From positions 25,110,001 through 25,174,000 of the forward strand of contig NC_043000.1 in assembly GCF_006345805.1 (NCBI RefSeq): a stretch of DNA of 64,000 nt, in the 5' to 3' direction. Positions 11,401-23,679 of this stretch are shown here, in pieces; the stretch's first letter is position 1, and each line of letters starts with the position of its first letter. Position numbers and translations under genes: made by a program. The notes under the pieces were generated by a model that was not told the DNA's origin, did not search any database, and saw nothing but the letters and a program-made list of their open reading frames with translations. This stretch comes from Octopus sinensis (lineage: Eukaryota).

Positions 11401-13061
11401 CAGGGTGCGTCAGTTTTTTTGAGGACACCTCTTTTAAGAACTCTAACTTTTCTAACATATTTTTTACCTTTTTAGATAAATGTCAGACATCAGGCTGGCC
11501 CAGCAAATTAAAAGGTAATTTGTAATCGTTGTATTAAATGTACTGAAAGTTGTCCGATCCTTTGTTTTCAAAGTTCGAAAGGCGCTGGAAGCTGCTGACA
11601 GGGATCCAACGTCTGCAGCTAAACACAGAACACATGCACTGGATTCTAATACCATAAGAACACAGGGATATGTCAAAAAGTTCAAGAAATAATTAATTAA
11701 AACTCCGGAAAGTTAATAGAGCCATTGCAGAGGACCTCAAAGTTTCAGAATGCGCCATCAGAAGAGCTGTGCATGAAGACATCCAGGACATCCAGTAGAG
11801 GTCGTACGTGATGCCGAGGGACTAGTTTATGTCGGATGTGAGAAGAGAGAACCGTTCCGTTCGTACAAAGCGCTTACTAAGCAAATTCAAACACCAAGAG
11901 GCTGGAATGCTTTGGTTTTTCTCCAATGAGAAAAACTTCGATCACAACCAAAAGGTAAACCGAAGGAACAACAAATGGTTATGCAGGACCTCGAGTGAAG
12001 TTCGAACGATTATACGTACTAAGTTACCAGCAACTGTGAGGGTTCTGAGAAACATCAGCCGCGAGGGAGATATCATTCCGCCTCTCATTTTTTCACAGGG
12101 CTTAGAGTCAATGCCGCTGTCTACACAGAAGTGATAGAGAAAATTGCGAAGCCCTTCGTAGGCAGAGTACACAACAGAAGACCATACGTCTTCCAAGCGT
12201 AGATGCATGCCAGTAGCTATGATCATGTTCTCCTTGATACATGGCTTCCTAGATCACCAGACCTCAATCTACTGGACTATTATATCTGGGGCACTGCTGA
12301 GAGAGAGGTCAATCAATACGGTCATAACAACACGCAATCTCTCAAGTCCGCCATAACAGCACTCTGTCCAAAATTGATAAAGGTCATCTGTTTCGGGCAT
12401 GTCAACGCTCCCGACCCCGTATCGAAGTAGCTAAGAGTGGATTCATTGACTACGTGTGATAAAAGGATTCTCAAGATTGTTTGTGCCATTTTATTTCCGG
12501 ATACAACTTTTCTTTGGTGAACAATGCGTCTTTTTCTTAAAAAAAAAAAAATTACCCAAACAAAATCAAAAAAAAAACAAAAAACAAAAACTGACATATA
12601 GGCGCAGGAGTGGCTGTGTGGTAAGTAGCTTGCTTACCAACCACATGGTTCCGGGTTCAGTCCCACTGCGTGGCACCTTGGGCAAATGTCTTCTGCTATA
12701 ACCTCGGGCCGACCAAAGCCTTGTGAGTGGATTTGGTAGACGGAAACTGAAAGAAGCCCGTCGTATATATGTATATATATATGAGCATGTGTGTTTGTGT
12801 GTCTGTGTTTGTCTCCCTAGCATTGCTTGACAACCGATGCTGGTGTGTTTATGTCCCCGTAACTTAGCGGTTCGGCAAAAGAGACCGATAGAATAAGTAC
12901 TGGGCTTACAAAGAATAAGTCCCGGGGTCGATTTGCTCGACTAAAGGCAGTGCTCCAGCATGGCCGCAGTCAAATGACTAAAACAAGTAAAAGAGTAAAG
13001 AGAGTAAAGAGTAAACCAAAAAAAACAAAAACAAAAATAAAACAAAAACTGACATACCCTG
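11401..13061 (+). mobile_element. Decayed Tc1/mariner maT-type (DD37D-like) transposon with both TIRs
   Basis: Left TA|cagggtgcgtcagttttt; right aaaaactgacataccctg|TA (ends 13061). Transposase relics WFFSNEKNFDHNQKVNRRNNKWLC (11829-12134) and WLPRSPDLNLLDYYIWG (12203-12430); frameshifted with stops. Confidence 0.9.
12599..13010 (+). mobile_element. Full-length SINE-A inserted in the maT right TIR
   Basis: taggcgcaggagtggctgtgtggtaag...gtaaaagagtaaagag; aacaaaaactgacata is duplicated on both sides. Confidence 0.92.
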
Positions 13062-13495
13062 TATTTGGTTTAATCTTTATGATAATAAATTGCTCGACAC
13101 TATTAGATCAATATACTTTAGCAGTTTGCTCGCAAATACTCGCAAGAAAGTTTTGCAAGAGCCACATTCTGGCAACGGAAATTTTTGTGTATTTGATATT
13201 ACGAAAGCGACCTTGGCAAAGATCAAATAACTCATTGACTTATAAGAACCATTCTTATTTGCTGACAAGAAGAGTATAATACAATCTATTTGTGAAAAGT
13301 TTGTATGATTAATTGAAAAGGCCTGATATACAATCAGCTGGAGCAAATATTTACATTCTATATAAAAGAGGCCTAACATGCTCTGAATTTCATTCTAATC
13401 CAGCAGGTCCATAGAAAGATGATGTCCGTTCAAGAATCAGTATTTCTGTGGACCATTATATTATATATATATATATATTCTATATATTATATATA

Positions 13496-13542
<47 letters not shown>

Positions 13543-13579
13543 CATACATACATATACATACATATATATATATATATAT

Positions 13580-13615
<36 letters not shown>

Positions 13616-13679
13616 GTATATGTATGTTGTATGTATGTATGTATGTATATGTACGTATATATATATATGTATATATGTC

Positions 13680-13936
13680 GTGGAGGCGCAATGGCTCAGT
13701 GGTTAGGGAAGCAGACTCGCGGTTGTACGATCGCGGTTTCGATTCCCAGACCGGACGTTGTGAATGTTTATTGAGCTAAAACACCTAAAGTTCCACGAGG
13801 CTCCGGCAGGGGGTAGTGGCGATCCCTGCTGTACTCTTTCGCCGCAACTTTCTCTCACTCTTTCTTCTGTTGGCCTGCTCGCTAAAACAATGCAAAGCGC
13901 AACATCTGATAGCCTGGTCGGTCGCGGTCACGGTGA
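13680..13936 (+). mobile_element. SINE-B (tail type 1)
   Basis: tggaggcgcaatggctcagtggttag...gtttcgattcccagaccgg...tagcctggtcggtcgcggtcacggtga, embedded in (TA)n. Confidence 0.9.
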
Positions 13937-14084
13937 TATATATATACATACAAAGAGTAAAGACCCCCCCGCCCGCCAATTCGGTCATGAATGACCATGA
14001 GATTGCGCCTAGAAAGTTCCCCTCCGAGGCACAAGACCGAACAAGGTTGTTCACGCCACTAGGCCAATACACCTTGGAACTAGT

Positions 14085-14228
14085 GACATTTCTACAGATA
14101 TGTGAAGTAGAGCAACGTGAAATAAAATGTCTTGCTCAAGAATACTACAAACAACCTAGTCCAGGAATCGAACTCACTTCCTCATGATTGTGAGCCCGAC
14201 GTCCTAACCACTGAGACATGTGCCTTCA
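14085..14228 (-). mobile_element. SINE-C 5' fragment
   Basis: cttgctcaag...ccaggaatcgaactcac...cctaaccactgagacatgtgccttc is the reverse complement of a tRNA-like head plus the cttgagcaagaca core. Confidence 0.7.
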
Positions 14229-14324
14229 TTACACACGCACACACACACATTTATACTGTGTATATGTGTGTGTGAGTGTGTGTGTGAGTGTGTATATGGT
14301 ATACGTATACCCACATATACCCAA

Positions 14325-14600
14325 GTGTAGGCGCGTGGCTTAGTGGTTTAATTCCAGTGACGCGTTGTGTCCTTGAGCAAGACACTTTATTTCACGTTGC
14401 TCCATTCCACTCAGCTGGCAAAAATGAGTTGTACCTGTATCTCAAAGGGCCGGCCTCATCACACTTTGCGTCATGCTGTATCTCCCCGAGAACTACGTTA
14501 AGGGTACACGTATCTGTGGACTGCACGCTAGTTTCACGAGCAAGCTGTTCCGTTGATCGTTTCAGCTGGGACCCTCGTCATCGTAACTGACGGAGTGCTC
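14325..14600 (+). mobile_element. SINE-C with tail type 2
   Basis: gcgcgtggcttagtggtt...ttgtgtccttgagcaagacactt...cactcagctggcaaaaatgag, then the tail shared with 36490-36680 (aagggtacacg...accctcgtc...gacggagtgc). Confidence 0.8.
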
Positions 14601-14650
14601 CTAACCCACATATACGCATGCATATATACATACATACATACATATATATA

Positions 14651-14681
<31 letters not shown>

Positions 14682-14745
14682 CATACATACATACATACAG
14701 ATAGATATAATTGAGGGTTAAGCAACAAATTGCTTCAACACATAC

Positions 14746-14812
<67 letters not shown>

Positions 14813-15438
14813 CAATATTTCACTTGCAACGAAGTAAATAACACTTATAAATCAAACATTAAGCTTCTATAGGAATGTATGAAATAACCTCAAATCTTAG
14901 GTTTCAAACAATAAAATGTTAATGTGACATTTTGTCACTTTTTGACAGTTAAAGTCGGTCAAATTATTTTCAGTATTTTGAACATAATGAACATTAAGAA
15001 ACATTAAAGAATGAAGCAAAGTGGTTGTTTACAAAATTAAACATTAGCTGCTGACAAATTTTGTATTTTCATTGGTAGATGTAGGAAATAACCCCGCATC
15101 TTTTGAATCTGTCTTGTGATCGCCAGAGGGAATTTGATATCGCAGTATCTGGCGAAATGCTGAGAGATACTCACGAGTCAAAGAGAAAATCTTTGAGTGC
15201 GCGTCCATCTGGAAAGAAAATAACAACTAAATCTCCCTCACATCTCACATTACTGTCTTAGAAAGGGACATGTTCAACCAGAGCTGACCAATAACAATCA
15301 TGTGTTAGTTAGCAATCGAATCACTAAATAAATTGTTGGCAATTATTACTGAGTTCTCAGATAAATTCGTTCGTATTTACCAACTAGATTTTCATTCATT
15401 TTAATCCTTTCAATTGTTATTTAAATGAATGCAAAAAC

Positions 15439-15603
15439 TGGAGTGGCTGTGTGGTAAGTAGCTTGCTTACCAAGCACATGGTTCCGGGTTCAGTCCCACT
15501 GCGTGGCACCTTGGGCAAATGTCATCTACTATAGCCTCGGACCGACCAAAGCCTTGTGAGTGGATTTGTTAGACAGAAACTGAAAGAAGCCCGTCGTATA
15601 TAA

Positions 15604-15675
<72 letters not shown>

Positions 15676-15895
15676 TTATGTATGTGTATATGTTTGTGTG
15701 TCTGTGTTTGTCCCCCCAACATTGCTTGACAACCGATGCCGGTGTGTTTACGTCCCCATAACTTAGCGGTTCGGCAAAAGAGACCGATAGAATAAGTACT
15801 AAGCTTACAAAGAACAAGTCCTGGGTCGATTTGCTCGACTAAAGGCGGTGCTCCAGCATGGCCACAGTCACATGGCTGAAACAAGTAAAGGAGTA
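15439..15895 (+). mobile_element. Full-length SINE-A with central (TA)n
   Basis: Collinear with 12599-13010 and 33406-33848. Confidence 0.92.
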
Positions 15896-16236
15896 CCTCT
15901 ATTCATCTTCTCCACCATCTGTTTAACGTTTCTGGTATTCGAATATATTTTCCCTCTTTTCAGACATTTGGCGATGGAGTGCCAAGTAGAAATAAAGCAA
16001 ACGAATTAAGCTGTTAACCCAATATATAAAATGAGTTTGTAGGGATTTGAACCCCAGCTGCAAGATACTCGGTTAGACATCGCGAGTAAGCCATCACAGT
16101 TTCGCAAAATTGATCAATAAATCCACCAATCAGCGTGAAGCTGTGATGTGATATGACTCCTTGGATGATCTAAAATTCATCCCCCTTCTCGCCCTATGAA
16201 AACTATTTGCTACCTAACTCACCCAGACGGCCTCAG

Positions 16237-16408
16237 CACTAAGCGTAGCTAGAGTGTATACCGCCGGGAGGCAGCCCTTTCGTTTGCCGCCCACGGACCC
16301 TACAAAATACACATATTGCCTATAGCAGATATAAAAGTGCCACCCCTTTTAAAAGTGCAGCCTGAGGCGGACCGTCCCTACCGCCCCCCCCCACTATCTA
16401 CGCTAGTG
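16237..16408. mobile_element. hAT-type MITE (~170 bp)
   Basis: TIR cactaagcgtagcta...tatctacgctagtg; 8-bp flanks ggcctcag/agtctcag; sister copy at 35128-35293. Confidence 0.75.
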
Positions 16409-16536
16409 AGTCTCAGGCATTCATGTAGACCACCTTGGGTGCTCACAAAAGGCAGACTGCCATGACCAGGCAACTGCAGGCATTCAGACAGACCACCTCG
16501 AGCAAGAAACCGTTTCAGAGATTTACACAGGATGTA

Positions 16537-17518
16537 CTACAGGTAGCTTCTACGGACACAATGTATCACAGCTAGTCTTCTTCAGATACGATGTAACACA
16601 GTCAGCCGTCTACAGATACGATGTACAACAGCTCCCTTTTACCGACGCGATGCACCACAGCTAGCATTCTACAGACACGATGAACCACAGCTAGCTTTCT
16701 ACAGACACGATGTACCACAGCTAACCTTCTATAGATTCGATGTACCACAGCTAGTTTCTTCAGACACGATGTACCATAGCCAACCTTCTACAGACACGAT
16801 GTATCACAGCTAGCTTTCTAAAGACACGATTTACCACACTATACTTCTATACACACGATGCACCACAGCTAGCCTTCTTCAGATACGATGTACCACAGCT
16901 AGCCTTCTTCAGATACAATGTACCACAGCTAGCCTTCTTCATATACGATGCACCACAGCTAGCCTTCTTCAAACACGACGTACCACAGCTAGGCGTTTAC
17001 AGATATGATGTACCACACCCCACTTTCACAGACGCGATGTATCACAGCTTGCCTTCTACAGACACGATGTATCACATCTAGTCTTCTGCGGCTACGATGT
17101 ACCACAGCTAGCCTTCTACAGACACGATGTACCACAGCTAGCCTTCTTCAGACACGATGTACCACAGCTAGCCTTCTTCAGACACGATGTACTACAGCTA
17201 GCCTTCTTCAGACACAATATACCACAGCTAGCCTTCTTGAGACACGATGTACCACAGCTAACCTTCTTCAGACAGAATGTATCGCAGCTAGCTTCTACAG
17301 ACACGACGTACCACAGCTAGCCTTCTTTAGATACGATATACCATAGCTAGCCTTCTTCAAATGCGATATACCACAGCTAACTTTCTAGGAATACGATGTA
17401 CTACAGCTAATCTTCTTCAGATACGATATACTATAGCTACCTTTCTACAGACAGGATGTACCACAGCCAGTCTTCTTCAGACACGATGCACCATTGCTAG
17501 TCTTCTACAGACACAGCG
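16537..17518 (+). repeat. 30-bp minisatellite (cttctacagacacgatgtaccacagctagc), about 32 units
   Basis: Directly visible; period 30 with occasional 29-bp units. Confidence 0.95.
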
Positions 17519-18322
17519 TGGTTCTCTCCTCCCAGTCGGCAGTTATATTATCAGCATCTTTCTTTTGTAAACAGCCAACGCAGTAAATCATGTACAGTAA
17601 TAAATATGTTAAAAGTTAAAAATTTGTGAGTTGCTTCATTTATTATACATGCAGCCAGCTAGACCACACGGCGATGGTCTTCAATAACACCATAGACATC
17701 CAACATTGCAAAATCACAATAGTCTTCGAGCACTTCACGCAACAAGTTCATGTTCTGTAAATTGAGTCTTATTCTCAGACTCGCTTTTCAGTTTGTTGTC
17801 TATAGAATTGCATAATTACTGCTTTTATATTTGCATTTTCATTTAAATTTGTTCTTTTTAATTCATGTAATTTTGAATAGGTAAAGTTTGAATCAGTAGA
17901 ACAATCGATAAAATATCTCGTGTTATTAAGTTGAGACCCTTTACGGTCTGAGCTCTGAGTTCAAACATTGATAAGATAATACCGATCAAGTAGCAAATAA
18001 ATCGATTGTGTTTGTCACAAAATTCCTGAATATTTGAAAGCATTACACACGCGCGCGCTTATACAAACACATGTGGACGGAAAGGGTTGCCGAAGAGATC
18101 ACAGATGTGTAACGAAAGATTTCCGCACAATGGACATAAGAGAAAATAAGAAGAGTAATAAACGAGTGAAGAATGAATATATAGTGCGTGTGTTTATTTT
18201 GGGGAAAAAAAAACGACCGTCCCGAAATACAACAATATCTGTTTTAACACATGGTTTCACATCAGAAAACTTGCAACACAATTTTATAAACGTATATATA
18301 TATATATATATTATATATATAC

Positions 18323-18368
<46 letters not shown>

Positions 18369-18472
18369 ATTATATATATATATTATATATATATATACAT
18401 ATATATAATATATAATACATATATAATACATAATACATACATACTTACATAAATACATTTATATATGTGTAT

Positions 18473-18537
<65 letters not shown>

Positions 18538-18956
18538 ATAGAAAATTATAATTGTCTCTGAATATGACTAGGGTTTTAGAAACACCTATATTGCTAGAAA
18601 TAAGAGCTAAAATGCTCTAATACTGTAGTCAAAGCACATAATTGTATCCATATACACTGGCTGGGATTGTAATCATCCAAAAACACTGATTGAGAATTCC
18701 CTATACAAACCGGTCAGTTTCGGCAATTTCCGTTGCCTCATCAATAAGGACAGCACGATTTCGTCTGATTCCGGATTGAATTTTCTGTCAGTATATATGT
18801 TTACACCGTAAAAATCTATGGGTGATTTAGCGAATCACTAATGTGCATACAGAAAATTAATATAAACAGCAGTGTGCAATGTTTTAACCAAAAGGAAAAC
18901 TATAATTTTCACTAGTGACAATTATAGCTTTTCTTTTTGGTGACACATCGCAAACT

Positions 18957-19009
<53 letters not shown>

Positions 19010-19013
19010 ATAT

Positions 19014-19045
<32 letters not shown>

Positions 19046-19120
19046 ATATATATATAGATAGATATATTATATATATATATATGTATATATATATATAATT
19101 ATATATATATGTATGTGTAT

Positions 19121-19168
<48 letters not shown>

Positions 19169-19204
19169 TATATGTATATATGATTATATTATATATATGT
19201 TATA

Positions 19205-19235
<31 letters not shown>

Positions 19236-19258
19236 TTATATATATATATATATATATC

Positions 19259-19299
<41 letters not shown>

Positions 19300-19738
19300 T
19301 CACTATGAGGATATTTAAGCCTCTTATAGGGATATTTCTATCCAAGATATTTTGAAGAGATATTTCTGAATATATTATTAAAAATATAATAGAATATTAA
19401 ATATTATTATTAAGTTTGAAAACGGAGAGATCTAATGGATACAAATTAATTTATTAATTGCAATAATAAATCTCTGAACGAGGTATAGACAGTAACTGCA
19501 CGACAATGTGAAGTATATTTGCCATCTAAATATGGTTAACCACTAAGGGTGGATGTTACTGTAGCTTGTAGCCCCAGGAGAACATCTTCTCCAGCTGGCT
19601 ATTGACACACTTTCTGTGCCCTATCGGTATTTGCAAAGGGAAGTCATCCTTCCCTCGTCAACCTAAGTGATACGCACGGACTGCAGTTTCTGGGTATTGA
19701 CCCGTCATCAGCGCACGACAATCACCGGTTTTCGATTA

Positions 19739-20082
19739 TTAATTAATTAGCATCTTCACCTACAATCGTTTCATTTCGCTTCCAATTTAAACTACAAAAC
19801 ATACATAGATATATAATCTTCCATTTCAAAATACCTTGGGTGGAAAATCATCAGAGCATGAAAAAGAACAATACGAAGATTACATTATGATCTGATGGAA
19901 TATTCCAAATTACTGGAGTATTCCAACAGATCATAATGTAATCTTTGTATTGTCCTTTTGTACACCCTGATGATTTTCCACCCAAGGTATTTTCAAATGC
20001 AAGCCTATATGTTTATATATGTTTTGTAGTTTAAATCGGATGCGAAATGAAACAATTGTAGGTGAAGATGTTAATTAATTAA
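19739..20082. mobile_element. ~345-bp foldback palindrome (MITE-like)
   Basis: Left ttaattaattagcatcttcacctacaatcgtttcatttcg mirrors right cgaaatgaaacaattgtaggtgaagatgttaattaattaa; centre gatctgatggaatattcca-aattac-tggagtattccaacagatc. Confidence 0.85.
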
Positions 20083-20334
20083 TTAATTTGTATCCATTAG
20101 ATCTCTCTGTTTTCAAACTTATATTTATATACACACACATATGTTTGTATGTATGCGTGTGTGTGTGCGTGCATATATGTGTGTGCGTGTGTTAGTATGT
20201 GTGTGTGTGTCATTCTAAACATTTGAACTCGTTGAGATCAAAGACAAGCTCATCCCCAAGTAATATAGCCCCATAATGTCAGTTTCCCAGCTTCTGTCGT
20301 GTATATATTCCTCGCTGGTCCATCACAAGAAACC

Positions 20335-20480
20335 TGATTTTTGCCAGCTGAGTAGACTGGTGTAACGAGAAATGAAGCATTTTGCTCAAGGGCACAAAGC
20401 ATTCCCCCTATCTAGGAATCGAAACCGCAATCATACGATCATGAATGCAGCACCCTAACCACTAAACCATGCACCTCCAT
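20335..20480 (-). mobile_element. SINE-C head and core
   Basis: tttttgccagctgagtagactgg...ttttgctcaagggcaca...ggaatcgaaaccgcaatc...cctaaccactaaaccatgcacctcc. Confidence 0.75.
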
Positions 20481-20676
20481 AGAGTAAAAAAAAAAAAAAG
20501 AACTCTGTAGATATTCTTTATAACATGTTCGTGTATGCACAAACTTGGAACTGCTCCCGCTCTGGAGTTTAGTTTCAGAAAACATCATCTTCCAAGGGGC
20601 TTTGCGTGTTGAAAATGCGTGCTGAAATTAAGCCGATGGACTGTCAGATACTGGTGTTTCGGTGTAATTTCGCTTC

Positions 20677-20716
<40 letters not shown>

Positions 20717-22664
20717 ATCAATTAACTTTAGCTAGGAACTTTTATTGCTGGTTGGTGCGTGGAGTGGAGACTGAAGATGCGGGATTGTTTTATTGTAGCG
20801 TGCAAATACAGGAAGCGATTTTATTTAAGGATATGTATCTAACTTTGACGTTACAGGAATTAATGTTTGTGATATGTCGGATTTCTTTGGAGATGCTGAC
20901 TAATTAGCACCAGGAAGATTCTATCCATATTAGTGGAAACATTTATATTAAATAGATGAATAAACCGGATTATCTCTCTCATCGTATCTTGTTTGGGAGT
21001 AGAGTGGGGTCCTCCTGTATTGTAAGTTATCAGTAGCTCGCTAGTGCCTCGTTATAATGGGAGTGCGTTACTGTTGAAGATCTGTCTTCCTGTTCCTGCT
21101 GAGAGACTGGAGGTGCTTCTGCTAATATTTATATGTCTAATTACAGTTGGGGTTGGATGGAGTATCTATGAAAATAAACAGATTCTTCGTCGGACTTTCT
21201 TCCGGAGAAGCACTTGTCTCATAATTGTAACTGTAATTGACTTTGTAACAGTTACAATTAAACCAAATTCTTTGATGATATTTATAGAATTTTTGAGTTT
21301 ATTCATGGCATAACCGTTCATGTAGTTTGAGACTGCCAAGTCATCATTCCTGAGCAAGGCCGGACTGTGCGTATGAATCTTTTTAAGGGTTTCCAGGATT
21401 AAAATAACGACGAAGCGATCTTAGCTCGTCGTAGCTCTCCGGGGACAGATCGAACAATCGCCTTTTTTTTTCCAGTTGGAATTATTATGAAACAATGACT
21501 TCCTAGCAGTCATAATGATTTGGATACGGGAGTCTCTAATTCTTGTGAATTGTCTCTCTAAGTCAGAGATTTTCAGAAGGAACGATTTTGATACCGAAAG
21601 GTAGAAATCAACGATAACAAACCGAGTGAATTTGCAGGCAGTTGTTTTCTAGATATCACGGCATCAGTTGATTATGTTATGTAATCATCACAACAAACAT
21701 GAACAATCAACGTTGCCCATTGTCTCCCTTGATACAAGGACATTCAGTAAGTTTCCCGCCACAACAAATACCTTGTACAACAACGGCAGTCTAATAAAGT
21801 ATCTCGTATCGTTAACACGTTTTTTCAGTCTCTCTCACTTTCTTAATCTTTCATACTAAGTACTCACTACTTCCTTTAATACTCAATACATTATATATAT
21901 ATAACAACAACAGATTACAGTGGCTCTGAAATTCATTGAATCAACTCGGCAGCCCTCTTGATATCAGAATTAATGGCACTGAAAATATATTTAGTTACGA
22001 TATTAAAATTTTACGTTCTTAAAGAGGTGTCTTCATTTCTTACAGCTAGAATTCTCGACATTCTGGTGTATTCATCAGAGAATCAATTTTCTATTTTGTG
22101 TATGATCGATAAATGAAGTCCCGGTGCCCATGTTTTATCACAACTTACAATTCGAAAAGTATTACAAAAGAGAAGTGATTAAATAACTAAAGATACTTGC
22201 ATATTGATCCCCACTAATTAAAATATAATGAAAATTATTTAGCGTGTTTATAACTTATAAATCATTAAGTCATTAATTAACAACTAAATCATTAAGTCAT
22301 TAATTGAAATCTTCATTTACATGTGTGGAACTGAAAGCCAACCAACCGAAGTGAAGCGCTGTTTGTCACTGAGGAAGTACAACCGTGAAGAAATTCGTGT
22401 CTGACAGTTGTATAACGTAACTCAGAACCCAGTTCCATATACAGCAATGCCTCGAAATGCCGCTCGTAAAACGAAAACTCATAAAGTAGAGTAATAATTT
22501 CCCATTGTAGCAATGTTATAAATCGTAATTTGTTCTCATAAAAATATGTTACCTATAAAATTTATAATACTTGTAAATAAATGGTAATAAAACAACAGTA
22601 GAATGTAAAGAATAGGTTGTGTAAAGTAAATAGAATGTCAAGATCATTTATAATAATAAAATAT

Positions 22665-22813
22665 TCATTATTTACATTAGATGGATATGTGTCCTCATCT
22701 TGTTTGTTGTTACCACAACATTTCGGCTGATTTACTCTCCAGCCTTCATCAGGTGTCCTGGTAGGATTTTGAACCCAACCCTGGATTCTCATTCCTAAGG
22801 TATTTTTTGCTGA

Positions 22814-22853
<40 letters not shown>

Positions 22854-22995
22854 TATTCAAGGCACTGCCTGAAATTGAACTCTCAATCTCGGAGTTAATA
22901 GCCCGTGCTCTTAAAAAATTACGCTATATGTCCGTGGGCTACTAACCCCAAGATTGCGAGTTCAATTCCAGACAGTGCCTTGAATTATTATTATT

Positions 22996-23030
<35 letters not shown>

Positions 23031-23235
23031 TAATAATAATAACATCATCAAAACATACCTTAGGAATGAGAACCCAGGGTTAGATTCAAAATTCCCCCGG
23101 ACACCTGATGAAGGATGGAGAGTAAATAAGCCGAAACATTGTGACAACTACAATCAAGTTGAGGACACATATCCGTCCAATGTAAATAATGTAAATAATG
23201 TACAGAACTCCTCTTATCTAAGATATAGAACAGTA
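22665..23235. mobile_element. Palindromic element: two head-to-head tRNA-like heads, each followed by (TAA)n and a hammerhead-bearing arm
   Basis: 22856-22905 is the reverse complement of 22933-22984 (B-box gttcaattc at 22960). Outer arms are mirror images with CTGATGA at 23105 (+) and 22746-22752 (-). Confidence 0.85.
22710..22758 (-). ncRNA. Minimal type-I hammerhead ribozyme motif, core intact
   Basis: Minus strand ggacacCUGAUGAaGGCUGgagaguaaauCAGCCGAAAuguuGUGGU. Stem II GGCUG/CAGCC; stem I gacac/GUGGU with one mismatch; predicted GUU site. Confidence 0.7.
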
Positions 23236-23679
23236 TAAAAAATATTATTATAATCGTTTTCAGAATCACTTTCACTCACTCTAGACTCGCGATCACCGAT
23301 TCATAAGCACTCGTAGAGGGAGTCGTATATTTGTTTCTAAAAAAAAAAGTCTCGTGTTGTTTGCTTAGAAGAAGCTTTTTATCGCTTTCAATGAATTTCT
23401 CGGTAACACGCAGAAGAATTTGTTATGGTAGTAGAAACATTTGTACTTCGTTCAAAATTTCGATCTTGGGCTTGCTTGAAAAATAAAATTCGTAAACATA
23501 GGGTCTCGTAAAACAGGTCCTCTTTAAGTGAGGTGTTACTGTATTTTATACACACACGCCTCCACTTTCAATCCACTAAAAGTGCACGAACTGTAGAAAA
23601 CAATTCAGCCTGGGTAATTTGCATAACTGAAGCAAAAGTAAATTATGAGAGACAACTTGAAGTGGCTACTGACATACCT

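Larger units (their letters stand above)
6440..11790 (+). repeat. ~2.6-kb direct duplicate (6440-9049 vs 9150-11790) either side of a gap
   Basis: Both begin gcatatatgtgtgtgcagcaacggagc and remain collinear to gaagacatccaggaca; scattered SNPs and homopolymer indels. Confidence 0.95.

Noticed and set aside
19830-19990. CTGATGA motifs in the foldback palindrome
   Set aside because: No pairing stem II or stem I around the following GAAA/CAAA.
21222-21260. 13-bp hairpin as a pre-miRNA
   Set aside because: Pairing does not extend to the roughly 22+ bp needed; noted only as part of the unique island.
22860-22985. Functional tRNA genes here or at SINE heads
   Set aside because: No acceptor stem, decayed or deleted A-boxes, and embedding in multicopy repeats; these are tRNA-derived heads.
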